Shown: positions 20,201 to 29,509 of the stretch, one piece after another
Layout: every line of letters starts with the position of its first letter
Position numbering within the stretch: the stretch's first letter is position 1
Origin: a virus
Lineage: Duplodnaviria > Caudoviricetes
IMG/VR virus record: IMGVR_UViG_3300034375_000839
Coordinates: 1 to 57,957 of that record
Reading direction: 5' to 3' (one strand)
Length of the DNA stretch: 57,957 nucleotides
Made by a program: the position numbers and the translations under genes
Notes under the pieces: generated by a model
What the model was told of the DNA's origin: nothing
The model's input: only the letters and a program-made list of their open reading frames with translations
Databases searched by the model: none

Positions 20201-21172
20201 CCTATATATGAATCAAGAGATGGAAACATATATACAAAGTTTGTAGATGGAGGTGCATTAGATACTTATGCATTTATAAAAGATGCAGCTAAAGCTATGT
20301 ATGGAGCAGTTCTTGCAGGTGTAAATCCTGAAGACACTAATATTAAAGATGATTTTGATGTTGAATTTAATAAACTTGTATCTCCTTTTATATCTGAAAA
20401 AGCTTTAACAAAAAGAATGTTAGAAATATATCAAGGAAGAGATGAGTATGGCAGAGAAATAAACAGACTAGATTCTACTAGTGAACTATTTACAAAAGAT
20501 TTAAATCCAGGTTTTGTAAAAAATATAGGAAAATTATGGGAAGATTATAATTCTGAAAAACATAAAGAAAGAAATGAGTTGCCTATAGCAGGTTCTAGCA
20601 AAGGTTATCCTGTAGTTTTTGAAGATACTGTATTCCATAATGCTACAGGTATTAGAAAACAAACTATGAATATTACTAAAGCTATAGGTCATTTTATATA
20701 TAACCAACAACAAGAAACTAAAAAACCTTATGAAAATTATATTAAAACATTAAAAGAATTTCCAACAAAAGTATATACTAAAGAAGATGAGTTAAACATT
20801 TTAAAGGCATATGCAGATTCACAGTTTGAAAAAAGAAAGTTAACAAAAGAATTTGCAGATAGATTAAATCAAATTAAAGAAATAAACTATTATAAAAAAG
20901 TAGGCGATAAAGTTTATAAACAAAAGTTTGGAATGAATGTTATAGCAAATGCAAATGCTAAACTAGGTAAAAGAAAGATAGATAAAAATCTTTTATTTTT
21001 ATTGACTGATAAAGGGGGTGCAGGATATTTTAAACCTGACAATCCTATAGATAAAAAAGCAAGAGAAATTATAAGAGATAAAAAACTACCACCTGAAATA
21101 ATGAATAAATTAATCTACATCAAAAATAAATTTGAAGGAAGTGCTTTAAGGAAGGACATTGACAATGAGTAA
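17288..21172 (+). CDS. Large internal virion (ejection) protein
   Basis: 1294 aa, helical; RFPLGTYATFPAE motif; last large gene of the tail/internal block, as in podoviruses. Confidence 0.6.
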   Translation: MSTEEKKLQTFLPDPFSPLGRTVTAGIGEALSDAAEMGSDALELIYGKKRADIIEDKLSNVVNFFDESLDKTEVGKATKQALQKSFYPTDLSPMQEVGKEIVSYVTPYTGVVKALKPVTKVIKKVSPRLEKGVRYGTAGVIADVIAKDENEQHLKPIMELVGAKGISEEVDDLVNKLDINPDDTVSERLLKQTIDSAGLSVALGIPLAVIFKVLKYSGGKALGKAKAIKNKVDTPVANTSNKIASDVKVVEQKPGKYLQQGKISSVLGKINTGLGRILTSKGAMPDELFKAYIKRKTYSEAKELAIKNNSKKLESVLKNASKGLNDADKQKLLDDTNELLKTKQFVKTGVKKLDGKVIDPGTIKEALKYSQLSSRLPNEIVDTVTKLRQSIDKESKNLKDLMGLSKNSKLGAVIDAKTSLTTTPSIELYLTKTYDFYTNPEWVKKLNKGLKEAKSFREGVTDNTHNTEVIDVINNMRTHLIKNNKSITENNVDGILDNFINDVTKKNKNSSGLFANIMDFTYDGKPIKVFTKRKDIDEPVANFLGEVKDPYRNYVETMRNLNKSVAKAQYLQDIKKFAEKYAGKDIKLGGFIPSWMGVPSQVSKIVRDSEIGTSTKLADLAKKEMGAIGSDGSSIGLGKYSTDDTLYKMIDEGIDVFDKYQSGNLFTNIFTRPAGYIQATETVFDQTAHAVNALGMLQTLIANGHILRGREAAKSAKTLYQKYANKDKDAMKFFEKAKLAAVVDTSVNAEIVRKNLNVLDEDLLARGSYKGKDLKEGAGLTFRKGKEGFRKFTKATADAYGIADDFGKLTALQAEIASYRKAFPNMSEDELFDYAAEVVRNTMHSYSTALPVVRALSRFPLGTYATFPAETLRTGKNIVIKGGQDFYNGISNIIKASKTGDKELFKTGLALAQIGSRRLSGAILAGVGLDYMFGNTDKDDIFGMGVSKEDSEGLDNLLSEWQQNTTKHFNTPIYESRDGNIYTKFVDGGALDTYAFIKDAAKAMYGAVLAGVNPEDTNIKDDFDVEFNKLVSPFISEKALTKRMLEIYQGRDEYGREINRLDSTSELFTKDLNPGFVKNIGKLWEDYNSEKHKERNELPIAGSSKGYPVVFEDTVFHNATGIRKQTMNITKAIGHFIYNQQQETKKPYENYIKTLKEFPTKVYTKEDELNILKAYADSQFEKRKLTKEFADRLNQIKEINYYKKVGDKVYKQKFGMNVIANANAKLGKRKIDKNLLFLLTDKGGAGYFKPDNPIDKKAREIIRDKKLPPEIMNKLIYIKNKFEGSALRKDIDNE

Positions 21173-22178
21173 AGATTTAACAAAACTATCTAGAAAAGAA
21201 CTAGAAAGTAAATTAGCTAAGAAGTATGGTGTAGATAAATATCTTAATCAGAGAAGCCAACTACTTGACTTATTAGGTACAAAGGGTGAGACTGATATAC
21301 AAACAGGATTTACAGGTCCTGAGACTGAAGCCTTGTCAATTATATTAGGTGATGCTAAAAAAGCAGAAGGTGGTATTATAAGTTTGGCAGTAGGGTCAGG
21401 TGGTGTAGGCTCTGAAGATGATGACGATTATAGTGGTAGTGGTCCTTCTGCAGATGAAACAGGTTCTGCTAATGAAGGTGATATGGGAGCTTCAGGTGGT
21501 GCAGGAAATGATGGTAGTGATAATAATGATGAGTCTATTGAAGTTTCAGAAAGAGGAGATGTTTTTGGTGCAGGTCCTACACAATATGGAAAAGATTTTA
21601 CTCAGCAACAAATAGATGCATACTCAGGAGAAGTTGATAGAAACCCTCAATTAAGAGGATTTTTGGGTAAAAGTATTAAAGATAAAATTGCTGAAAAAAA
21701 TTTTAATATAGAAAGAAATAAAGATGGTATGATTACAGGAGTATACAGTCAGGCAGGATTACCAGGAGCTTTAGGTGTACTATCAGGTTTGCTTGGTGGA
21801 CCTACAACAGGAACTGTTTATACTGGGTATGGTAAGGGTGCAGAAATTACAGGTAGTGATGATAATTCTGACGAGCCTTCAGAAATGATAAAGAAAATAG
21901 TTGAGGAACAAAAGGAAGAAGACTTACCACTTACTCAAGAAGAGATTGACTACTATACAAGAGGTATGGGTACTGCAACTAAACCTTTAAAAAGTTTAAA
22001 GGATGTTAATGAATATATGTCAAGCTTAATAGGAAAAACTGGAAGTCCTACAGGTGCAAAGCTTTCTAAGGATAAAAAGTTTTTAATATTACCTAATGGA
22101 AAGATTATCAATCTTAGGACAGGTAAGGTTCAGGAAAGCATGTCAGGTTTAGAATTATTCAGAGGAGGTTTAATCTAA
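21159..22178 (+). CDS. Hypothetical, probably internal virion protein
   Basis: 339 aa with a Gly/Asp/Ser low-complexity tract and a KKAEGGIISL motif. Confidence 0.5.
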   Translation: MTMSKDLTKLSRKELESKLAKKYGVDKYLNQRSQLLDLLGTKGETDIQTGFTGPETEALSIILGDAKKAEGGIISLAVGSGGVGSEDDDDYSGSGPSADETGSANEGDMGASGGAGNDGSDNNDESIEVSERGDVFGAGPTQYGKDFTQQQIDAYSGEVDRNPQLRGFLGKSIKDKIAEKNFNIERNKDGMITGVYSQAGLPGALGVLSGLLGGPTTGTVYTGYGKGAEITGSDDNSDEPSEMIKKIVEEQKEEDLPLTQEEIDYYTRGMGTATKPLKSLKDVNEYMSSLIGKTGSPTGAKLSKDKKFLILPNGKIINLRTGKVQESMSGLELFRGGLI

Positions 22179-22663
22179 TGAAATATAACATGACAGAATT
22201 ACTAGACCAATTAGTTGAGCATGAAGGTCTAGAGTTAATACCTTATGAGGACAGTCTTGGGATTGATACTATAGGTATAGGTAGGAACTTAGAGCATAGA
22301 GGATTGACTGAAGCAGAGTTAGGTTACATAGGTAAAGATATATCAGATATATTTGAATGGGGTATTACTAAAGAACAGGCATACTACTTAGCACAAAATG
22401 ATATTAAAATAGTTGAGGAAGAGATTTGTAAAGCACATCCTTGTGTGATAGAATTAGACGAAGTTAGACAAAGAGTATTAATTGATATGGCATTTAATAT
22501 TGGTGTGCCAAGACTCAAAAAATTTGTTAAGATGTGGCAAGCCATACATGACAAAAACTTTGAAGAAGCAAAGGCTCAGATGCTAGATTCTCGTTGGGCG
22601 AATCAAGTAGGTAACAGGGCAGTGCGACTCTCTAATGCAATGAAATCAGGGGAGTGGGTATAA
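22178..22663 (+). CDS. Phage lysozyme (GH24/T4 lysozyme-like endolysin)
   Basis: HEG..L.PYEDSLGIDTIGIGRNL (E-D-T catalytic pattern), LIDMAFNIG and MLDSRWANQVGNRA motifs. Confidence 0.9.
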   Translation: MKYNMTELLDQLVEHEGLELIPYEDSLGIDTIGIGRNLEHRGLTEAELGYIGKDISDIFEWGITKEQAYYLAQNDIKIVEEEICKAHPCVIELDEVRQRVLIDMAFNIGVPRLKKFVKMWQAIHDKNFEEAKAQMLDSRWANQVGNRAVRLSNAMKSGEWV

Positions 22664-22665
22664 TA

Positions 22666-23052
22666 ATGTGGGGTGCAGTTATAAGTGGTGTGACGAGTCT
22701 TGCTTCTTCTTATATGGAAGATAGAAAAGTAAAGTCAGAACATAAAGCAAAAGTAGAACAGGCAAGAGTCAATGCAGAAATTAATAGAATTGAAAAAGCA
22801 GCACAGTCAGACCAAGACTATGACCTTGAAGCTTTACGACAAACAAGATACAGTTGGAAAGATGAATATGTACTTGTCATCATTACCTTACCTTTCATTG
22901 GAAGCTTCATACCTAATATACAAGACCATGTTCTCAAAGGATGGGAATATATAAACAAAGCACCTGAGTGGTATCAATGGAGTTTTATGGGAGCAGTTGC
23001 TGCTTCACTAGGTATCAGATGGGCTTTCAAGTTCTTCAGTGGTAAGAAGTGA
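22666..23052 (+). CDS. Putative holin
   Basis: Follows the endolysin; SWKDEY motif, two to three hydrophobic segments, basic C-terminus. Confidence 0.6.
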   Translation: MWGAVISGVTSLASSYMEDRKVKSEHKAKVEQARVNAEINRIEKAAQSDQDYDLEALRQTRYSWKDEYVLVIITLPFIGSFIPNIQDHVLKGWEYINKAPEWYQWSFMGAVAASLGIRWAFKFFSGKK

Positions 23053-23490
23053 TTCGTCTTCTTCTTCCTCTTCCATATCTTCAGGAAAAGCTTTTGACAT
23101 TAATTCAAGCACCTTGTCTATCCCAAGAATTTCCATACCCTTAACAATTTCTTCCTCTAAGGAATCAGAAGTTATCTCATCTGCATCTATATTATTACCT
23201 CTAATTCTAGAGAGCAACTCTAATGCTTTTAATGCAGAAGTTGTTTGTCCTTGGGTACGTGCAACATTGTATTGATTTTCTATTTCATCAACAACGTCAA
23301 TGCTTGTTGTCATGTTAACAGTTAGTTCTTCTATTCTTTCTTGAATAGCAGTATCTTGTAGTAATCTTGAGCCTGTGTTGTGTGCAGAGACTTGACTATA
23401 TCCTGCATCCTTTGCGGCTCTTGTTGCATTCCTATGTAGGATATAGTTCTGACAAAACTTTTCATGCTTTTCTTTAAGCAGCATTGTCAA
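23008..23490 (-). CDS. terS: Terminase small subunit
   Basis: KHEKFCQNY...NATRAAKDAGYS..SAHNTGSRLL...IQERIEEL helix-turn-helix and ALKALELL motif characteristic of TerS. Confidence 0.75.
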   Translation of the reverse strand: MTMLLKEKHEKFCQNYILHRNATRAAKDAGYSQVSAHNTGSRLLQDTAIQERIEELTVNMTTSIDVVDEIENQYNVARTQGQTTSALKALELLSRIRGNNIDADEITSDSLEEEIVKGMEILGIDKVLELMSKAFPEDMEEEEEDESLLTTEELESPSDT

Positions 23491-25756
23491 TCATCTCGTA
23501 GTAGTATTTTTCTTTTGCCTTCAAAGAGTTCTTCCAAACTTCAGAAACTAGTGTGTTAGTACCATGAACCTTGAGAGACATGTCCATATTCTTATCATCA
23601 AATAGTTTCTCACAGTCCTGTGCCATTGCAAGCAACTCTCCTGTAGTCCAAAAGTATTCTCCATTGGTTTCCACCTTAAAGTATTTAGGTTTACCTGAAG
23701 TTTTTTCTTTTTTCATTTCTTCTGTTACTTCAGGAACTGAGCAGTCAAAACCAAATAACTCAAAGTTTCTAAAGCCAAGTATGTGAGCAATGGATATTGT
23801 TCTCATGGCTGCACAAGTTCCACCTGATACCAATGTTTCTCCTTCTTCTATGCCTGTATCCTTAGCAATTTTAAGTTTATCTTTGACAGTCTTATCTCTT
23901 AGTGCTTCAGAGTAGGCAGACCAACCTTTAATATTTGCACCTTTTTTTATAAGGTATTTAGTAACTGAAGGGTCAGTCATAGAAGCTACAAGAAAGATGG
24001 TGTCCTTGTTTATCTTTTTAAATAAATCTTTTCTTACTACACCATGAGTACTTGTGCCTGTGATAGGTCTTGGGTCAAGTATAGAACATATAAAAGGACT
24101 GATGCCATGTTCTAGTAATTTAGGATAGCTGTGCTTAACACAAAAGATTTTAGTGTTAGGTTCTCTAGCTTTCTTTTTTAGTAAGTTAAAGTCTGTGCTT
24201 GAACCACCTGAAACAATAAGGGCAGTTTCATTATGTATTCTACCATGCTTCAACCAATTAAAATCTTTAATTAACTTTTTATTTTCTTTTATGTTTACAA
24301 ATATTTCATCCTTTGGTCTTGAGTCTTTAGGTGTAACCACAATAGGCATACGAGTAATTTCATCAGGTAGTTTTTCTACCTTCTTACTGTTAGCAACAAA
24401 AGCAATATGTGTTCTACCACCACCTAGAACTTTATCATTAGAGGGAAGAACAACTTTACCATATGCTTTTATTTCTTTTAGTAATTTATTAACACCCATA
24501 TTTTTTTCTAAAGGCTTCTGTCCAAACTCATCCTCAGAAAAGAAATCATCAAACACAAGTATAGGAACTTTCTTTAGATTATTATAGTCAGCCTTTACAG
24601 TTTCATATGAATGACCACCATCTATAAAAGCAAAGTCAACATTACGAGCTAACTTATTTTTCTTTAGTGTAATCTTAGAGTCACCTTTGTAAAGCTTAAA
24701 TATAAATTCTTTATTCTTCTCTTTCATTTTTTCTTTGAATTGATTTAGTCTTGTTTCAATAAGCTCTATTGTATGATGCTTCTTACTATTCATTTCTATA
24801 TCATCAGTAAGAGCAGTTGCTTCTTCAAACAAATCAAAACCAAAATATGTAAACCTGTCTGTGTATTCAAAGGCTGCAAGTGCCATTTCTATAGCTCTGC
24901 CACCATTCCATGTACCTACTTCAGTAAGTGTTTTAGGTTTGTAGTGTCTTATAATATCTGCAAGCTGTCTATATCTAGGTAACTTTACATCCTGTGCAAG
25001 AGTATTCTTTTTGTTTTTTAGATTACCTTTGTAGTGTATAAAATATTCTGAAAGAGGTGACTGCATGAAGGCAGTAAGACCTTTACAATTTTCTGATAGA
25101 TTGTTGACTACCATACCATGTGCCTTGTAGATATTAAGAAGTCTTTCAAATATAAAACCATCATGCCATTCTCTGTACGAAATAGTTTCACCTATTGTAT
25201 AACAACCTCTTAGGTCTGCAAGTATTGAACAGGCATCATGGTACTGTAAGTTAAAACCCATGAAGCTTGTTTCGCTGTAGTCAACATCTTTTCTTCCTAG
25301 ATGTACAAGACTTGCTTTGTTAGGTAACCACTTGTCAACTGCAGATTTATCTAGTCTCTTTGTAGTAACTGTATCTGCATCAAGCCATACTAACCACTGA
25401 GGTTCTTCAGGGTTCTTATTTTCTTCCATCATCTTGAAGGCTCTGTCAGTTAGGGCATACACTTTATGACACCACTTGACTGCATCTAGTCTCCAGTTGT
25501 AAGGCATTGTTCCACCTTCAGTACCATCATGCTTCTTCATCTTCTCACGATAGTCAGTCATTTCTTTTACATCATTAAGATGTATATATACAATGCTAGA
25601 AGAAGTAGGATGGTCAACCTTTTCAATGTCAAAATCATGGTAGTAAGCATATAGTTTAAAATGTTTTGGATTCCATTTTTCTGCCACACTTTTAAGCATT
25701 TCTTTTGCATAGGTATTATATCCTTCCTCGCTGAAAGAAGTTACGAATGTATACAT
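23474..25756 (-). CDS. Three-domain fusion: GT-A-like glycosyltransferase + class I SAM methyltransferase + DUF115/Maf-like domain
   Basis: N-terminal FVTSF..EGY..YAK, WCHKVYA, WLDADT (DxD), EWHDGFIF; middle EVGTWNG and FIDGGHSYETV..D; C-terminal ALIVSGGSS, ILDPR, GGTCAAMR..LGFRNFELFGFD. Start moved to 25756 (RBS AAGGA, no overlap with the upstream gene). Confidence 0.75.
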   Translation of the reverse strand: MYTFVTSFSEEGYNTYAKEMLKSVAEKWNPKHFKLYAYYHDFDIEKVDHPTSSSIVYIHLNDVKEMTDYREKMKKHDGTEGGTMPYNWRLDAVKWCHKVYALTDRAFKMMEENKNPEEPQWLVWLDADTVTTKRLDKSAVDKWLPNKASLVHLGRKDVDYSETSFMGFNLQYHDACSILADLRGCYTIGETISYREWHDGFIFERLLNIYKAHGMVVNNLSENCKGLTAFMQSPLSEYFIHYKGNLKNKKNTLAQDVKLPRYRQLADIIRHYKPKTLTEVGTWNGGRAIEMALAAFEYTDRFTYFGFDLFEEATALTDDIEMNSKKHHTIELIETRLNQFKEKMKEKNKEFIFKLYKGDSKITLKKNKLARNVDFAFIDGGHSYETVKADYNNLKKVPILVFDDFFSEDEFGQKPLEKNMGVNKLLKEIKAYGKVVLPSNDKVLGGGRTHIAFVANSKKVEKLPDEITRMPIVVTPKDSRPKDEIFVNIKENKKLIKDFNWLKHGRIHNETALIVSGGSSTDFNLLKKKAREPNTKIFCVKHSYPKLLEHGISPFICSILDPRPITGTSTHGVVRKDLFKKINKDTIFLVASMTDPSVTKYLIKKGANIKGWSAYSEALRDKTVKDKLKIAKDTGIEEGETLVSGGTCAAMRTISIAHILGFRNFELFGFDCSVPEVTEEMKKEKTSGKPKYFKVETNGEYFWTTGELLAMAQDCEKLFDDKNMDMSLKVHGTNTLVSEVWKNSLKAKEKYYYEMIDNAA

Positions 25757-25757
25757 A

Positions 25758-26531
25758 TTAATTTTCCTTTGGTAATATTCTTGAGTTGTATGAGTTGTGT
25801 AGTGTATCCCACTCACCTGCGTAGTGAGCATCACATAGTCTCTTTGGTTTCCAACTGTCAAACCAAGGACCACCTGTAGTAAAATGTACATTACATGGGT
25901 TTATTGATTCATCAGTCCATCCATCTAGGAAGTTCCACTTAGGATGGATAGAACCTATCTCTTCATCTTCTAGCCAACTAAAGTTATGTAGCCATCTACC
26001 TGACTGTTCATTAACATCCTTGATTGTAAGTCTTTTGTTGGCAGGGTGTTCGCAGTTCCATAGTATAAAGCTAGACCAATTCTTTCTATTATAATTAGTC
26101 TGTATTTGATTGTCCATTTTAAAAATTTCTTTAGGCTTGTACTCATGCTTAACAACAGAGACTGCATACTCATCAAACTGTCCATACTCTTCAAAGACTT
26201 CTGTTATGTCTGCTCTTAACAACATATCACAATCCATAAAAATAGCAAGACCTTTATGAAGATTAATAAAAGGTATTAAGAATCTTGTAAATGTAAACTC
26301 ACTACTGAAAGGTCTCTTGTCTGAAGAGTCTATCTTCTGATGTTGGTCATCAAGAAAGTAAGTTCTTTTGTAGAGACCTGATAAACGTAGGGATGATTGT
26401 TCAAGGGGAATGATATCATATTTATGGGTATACTTTTCTATTGAAAATTTTAATACCTCAAAAGCAATATGTTCTTTAGGGTCATACCCTACATATATAA
26501 CAGGTCTTCTACTAGTAAACATTTTTACCAC
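25758..26531 (-). CDS. Glycosyltransferase (GT-A fold, GT8-like)
   Basis: IYVGYDPKE, SEFTFTRFLIP, IFMDCDML (DxD), RKNWSS, WNFL and VHFTTGGPWF motifs. Confidence 0.8.
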   Translation of the reverse strand: MVKMFTSRRPVIYVGYDPKEHIAFEVLKFSIEKYTHKYDIIPLEQSSLRLSGLYKRTYFLDDQHQKIDSSDKRPFSSEFTFTRFLIPFINLHKGLAIFMDCDMLLRADITEVFEEYGQFDEYAVSVVKHEYKPKEIFKMDNQIQTNYNRKNWSSFILWNCEHPANKRLTIKDVNEQSGRWLHNFSWLEDEEIGSIHPKWNFLDGWTDESINPCNVHFTTGGPWFDSWKPKRLCDAHYAGEWDTLHNSYNSRILPKEN

Positions 26532-26755
26532 TTAAAAAATTGGTCAATTAAATTAAAGTGATTAGGCATGACAGTTGTTGCTCCATACTTTTCTTTTGCA
26601 ATATCTCTATACTTATTATATTTTTGAGTTGCAATTTCAGAAGCAGCTTCAAACTCTTTCCATGCAGATTTTAAGTCACCATACTTTAAGTCTTCCACTT
26701 CTTTTTGTTTAGATTTTATTTCTTCTTCAAGTTTTTTAATCTTATCGTCTGACAT
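26525..26755 (-). CDS. Small coiled-coil hypothetical protein
   Basis: RBS AAGGAG; directly downstream of a consensus promoter. Confidence 0.6.
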   Translation of the reverse strand: MSDDKIKKLEEEIKSKQKEVEDLKYGDLKSAWKEFEAASEIATQKYNKYRDIAKEKYGATTVMPNHFNLIDQFFKW

Positions 26756-26796
26756 AGTATACTCCTTTCCATTACCAGAAGATTTCTTCTATAGGA

Positions 26797-26825
26797 ATTA
26801 TAATATATATTGAATAGTGAGTCAA
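26797..26825 (-). promoter_or_regulatory. sigma70 promoter for the glycosyltransferase/terS operon
   Basis: TTGACT-17 nt-TATAAT on the minus strand. Confidence 0.75.
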
Positions 26826-26832
26826 GGACTTT

Positions 26833-27459
26833 TTAATAAAAGTACTCGTCAGTATCTCCAAGCCTTTTATTCTTTTCGTTTTCTACTTGGTAGTACTCTG
26901 TACTTACTTTAAAATCAGGCTTCAAAGGTTCTTCAGGTGTGAGGGAATTATCATAGACTCTCATTCTGTTATTGGGATAGAGAGCATACTGTCCATTCAC
27001 AAGTTCAATTAAATTAAAAGACTTATGCTCTTCAGGCACTTCACTTGTGCTGTAGTCTATTTCATCTGCAAAGGGATGGTAGTTATCAAGGGTGCAGATA
27101 TAAAATCCCTTGACAGTTCCAAAGTCATGTGTTAAAATTTCGTAGTCCATTGTGGAGATAAACTGTTTATGTATGTTGACTACACCATAGTCCATACAAT
27201 TCCAAAACTGTAAATTGTTAAGTGGCATATCAGGGTCAGGTAACTTAGGCTTGGACAGGAATGCAGAGATGGGAAGCTTGTCAAACAATGCACCATACTT
27301 AGGAAGATATGTTTCAAAGTAGAAGGCTCTTCCAGGTATTGACTTAGCAGTCACCCAGTTACCTTCTACAAATTCTCCATGACCATCCTTGAAGTCTCTT
27401 AGATATTCTTTTCTTACCCATACTTTGTTTGAAGGTAGGTTAGCTATTAGTGTTGACAT
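26833..27459 (-). CDS. Conserved phage hypothetical protein
   Basis: 208 aa with VWVRKEYL, KLPISAF, LQFWNCMDY and YPNNR motifs; function unknown. Confidence 0.65.
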   Translation of the reverse strand: MSTLIANLPSNKVWVRKEYLRDFKDGHGEFVEGNWVTAKSIPGRAFYFETYLPKYGALFDKLPISAFLSKPKLPDPDMPLNNLQFWNCMDYGVVNIHKQFISTMDYEILTHDFGTVKGFYICTLDNYHPFADEIDYSTSEVPEEHKSFNLIELVNGQYALYPNNRMRVYDNSLTPEEPLKPDFKVSTEYYQVENEKNKRLGDTDEYFY

Positions 27460-27571
27460 TATTTTTCTTGAATACCTTTCTTCCCTTAAAGAATACTATT
27501 GAGTTTATGCAAGTGTTAATGGTGATTGCAATTAACAACCACCACTGCCACCAATCAAGTTCATTCCCCAT
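27440..27571 (-). CDS. Small membrane peptide (not in ORF track)
   Basis: MGNELDWWQWWLLIAITINTCINSIVFFKGRKVFKKNNVNTNS, 43 aa; start coupled to the nrdJ stop. Confidence 0.5.
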   Translation of the reverse strand: MGNELDWWQWWLLIAITINTCINSIVFFKGRKVFKKNNVNTNS

Positions 27572-29508
27572 TATGTTATGTCCACTATCTCACACGAACC
27601 TGCAACACAAGCAAACTCTTTACTGCCTGTAGTTGTATCTTCTTTTTCGTAGTCTGATAATTTAGACCAATCAATAGACTTAGGCATTATATTTTTTAAC
27701 TCCAAGTATTCTTCTCTTTCTACATCTTGGTAAGGTGCTTGCTTATATACATGGTCATAAAAAGGAAGGAAGGAAATGCCTGATACCTCATCAAAGTTTT
27801 TATAAACCCATGCTCCTACTTCCATCCACTCATCCTTCTTAACAGATATAGTTACAGAAGGTTTGTGTTCACACCAATGTCTCTGAAAGATTAACCAATA
27901 ATCTAATTGTTCAATAGCAGTCATTTCAGTTCTAGTTATTGCACCTTCAGGAGACTTAGTAGGAAAGCTAAACACAGTTGTGGTTTCGTGTTCAATACCT
28001 ACAGAAGGTTCTGAAGGAATGCCTGCATCTTTCATAAACTGTGTGAGTGGGTCTGTGTTCCCTGCTCTTACAGTTCTTATGTAGTATTCACTATGTCTTG
28101 CATGAATACCTGATGCACTATCAACCAACTGACTAACTGTACCACTAGGTTTGACACAAGTAATTGCAGTTGACTGAGGTATACCTAACATCTTGGCATA
28201 CTTTTTATTTGTTTCTACTGCAACATTCTTTAGATTTTCTAGTGTATCTTTTAATGTAATGTTGCGAGGTGTAAGTAAAGGACAGTCAAGTATACCTGTA
28301 AGAGAAACTCCTAACAGTCTTTCCTCTTCTGTATTCTGTTTCCATATCTTACGTAAATATTTAAAGTTAGTAAGTGTTGATTGAAGTGTTCCTAATATTG
28401 TTGCAACTTCTACTTTTTGTTTTAGAGATTCTATAGTGTCACCTTCTCTACAAACAACTTCAGTTAGGTTACAGAACTGATAAGGTCTTAGAATAATTTC
28501 ACTACAAGGATTGCAACCAAACTCATGGTCAGCATCTCGTCTACCATTTTCTTTGACTTTGTTTTTTGCTGCCTGTCTATTGAAGATACCTCTCTCACCT
28601 GAATTAGATTCATATAGAGACAACCATTCTTTCATAAATGTTCCTATGTTAGGTTTATCTCTATAGGCAACAGAGTTATTGGCTTGACCTCTTTGACCAT
28701 TTCTTATTATATTTTCTTCAGGTATATCCCACCACTCTCCTGACTTACAATGTCTTATTTGGTCATCATTTAAATTAGACAAAGAGATAAGGGCAGAACG
28801 TCTTACACCACCTACAACAACTGCCTGTCCAATCTTACACATGATATCATGGCACTCAATAGGATAAAGTCTTCTGCCTTTTGCATCTTTAAACTTATCT
28901 ATAGTAAACTTACATAGATTAAGGAAAGGTTCAGGTCCTGATGCTCTACCACCCATAGTATTTAACTTAGCTCCTGCAGGTCTTACTTCAGATACGTCTA
29001 TTGTAGGTATCTGACCTACATATAACATAGCAATTAACTCTCTCAAAGCTTTTGCCCAACCTGGTCTAGAGTCAGCAACCTTTATAACTGTAGTGCTGTC
29101 TTCAAAATGCTCATTAACAATAGGTAGTTTGTCAACATTACTTCTTTCAACAGAGAAGCCTACACCTGTACCACACATAAGAATGTACATACACTCGTCA
29201 AAGGCTCTAGGTGAATCTACAGGTATGTAACTGCAGTTGTAGCTAGTTACATTACAATTCTGAAGAGCAGGTCCTGCAGTCATCAATGCCCTCATAGAAG
29301 GCATAACTTCTAGACCTAGTATCTTTTGTTCTAGTTTCTTTCTAAGAGAATCTGTTAAAGTTTTACTATGCAATCCCTGCATGTAGTCAAAATATCTTGA
29401 GACAGTTTCTGTCCAAGTCTCTCTTCTTTGTTCGTCTTCCTTCCATCTTGCATAGCGAGATAAAGCAATAAAGTTTTGATAGTCTGTTGGTAGTAAGTTA
29501 CTTTTCAT
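27571..29508 (-). CDS. nrdJ: Class II (adenosylcobalamin-dependent) ribonucleotide reductase
   Basis: NCSY, GGVRRSALI, GCNPCSEI, TCVKPSGTVSQL and C-terminal CVAGSCEI motifs; no small-subunit gene nearby. Confidence 0.9.
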   Translation of the reverse strand: MKSNLLPTDYQNFIALSRYARWKEDEQRRETWTETVSRYFDYMQGLHSKTLTDSLRKKLEQKILGLEVMPSMRALMTAGPALQNCNVTSYNCSYIPVDSPRAFDECMYILMCGTGVGFSVERSNVDKLPIVNEHFEDSTTVIKVADSRPGWAKALRELIAMLYVGQIPTIDVSEVRPAGAKLNTMGGRASGPEPFLNLCKFTIDKFKDAKGRRLYPIECHDIMCKIGQAVVVGGVRRSALISLSNLNDDQIRHCKSGEWWDIPEENIIRNGQRGQANNSVAYRDKPNIGTFMKEWLSLYESNSGERGIFNRQAAKNKVKENGRRDADHEFGCNPCSEIILRPYQFCNLTEVVCREGDTIESLKQKVEVATILGTLQSTLTNFKYLRKIWKQNTEEERLLGVSLTGILDCPLLTPRNITLKDTLENLKNVAVETNKKYAKMLGIPQSTAITCVKPSGTVSQLVDSASGIHARHSEYYIRTVRAGNTDPLTQFMKDAGIPSEPSVGIEHETTTVFSFPTKSPEGAITRTEMTAIEQLDYWLIFQRHWCEHKPSVTISVKKDEWMEVGAWVYKNFDEVSGISFLPFYDHVYKQAPYQDVEREEYLELKNIMPKSIDWSKLSDYEKEDTTTGSKEFACVAGSCEIVDIT

Positions 29509-29509
29509 T

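Noticed and set aside
25757-25891. N-terminal 45 aa of the 805-aa ORF as listed in the track
   Set aside because: It overlaps the upstream glycosyltransferase; a better start with RBS is at 25756.
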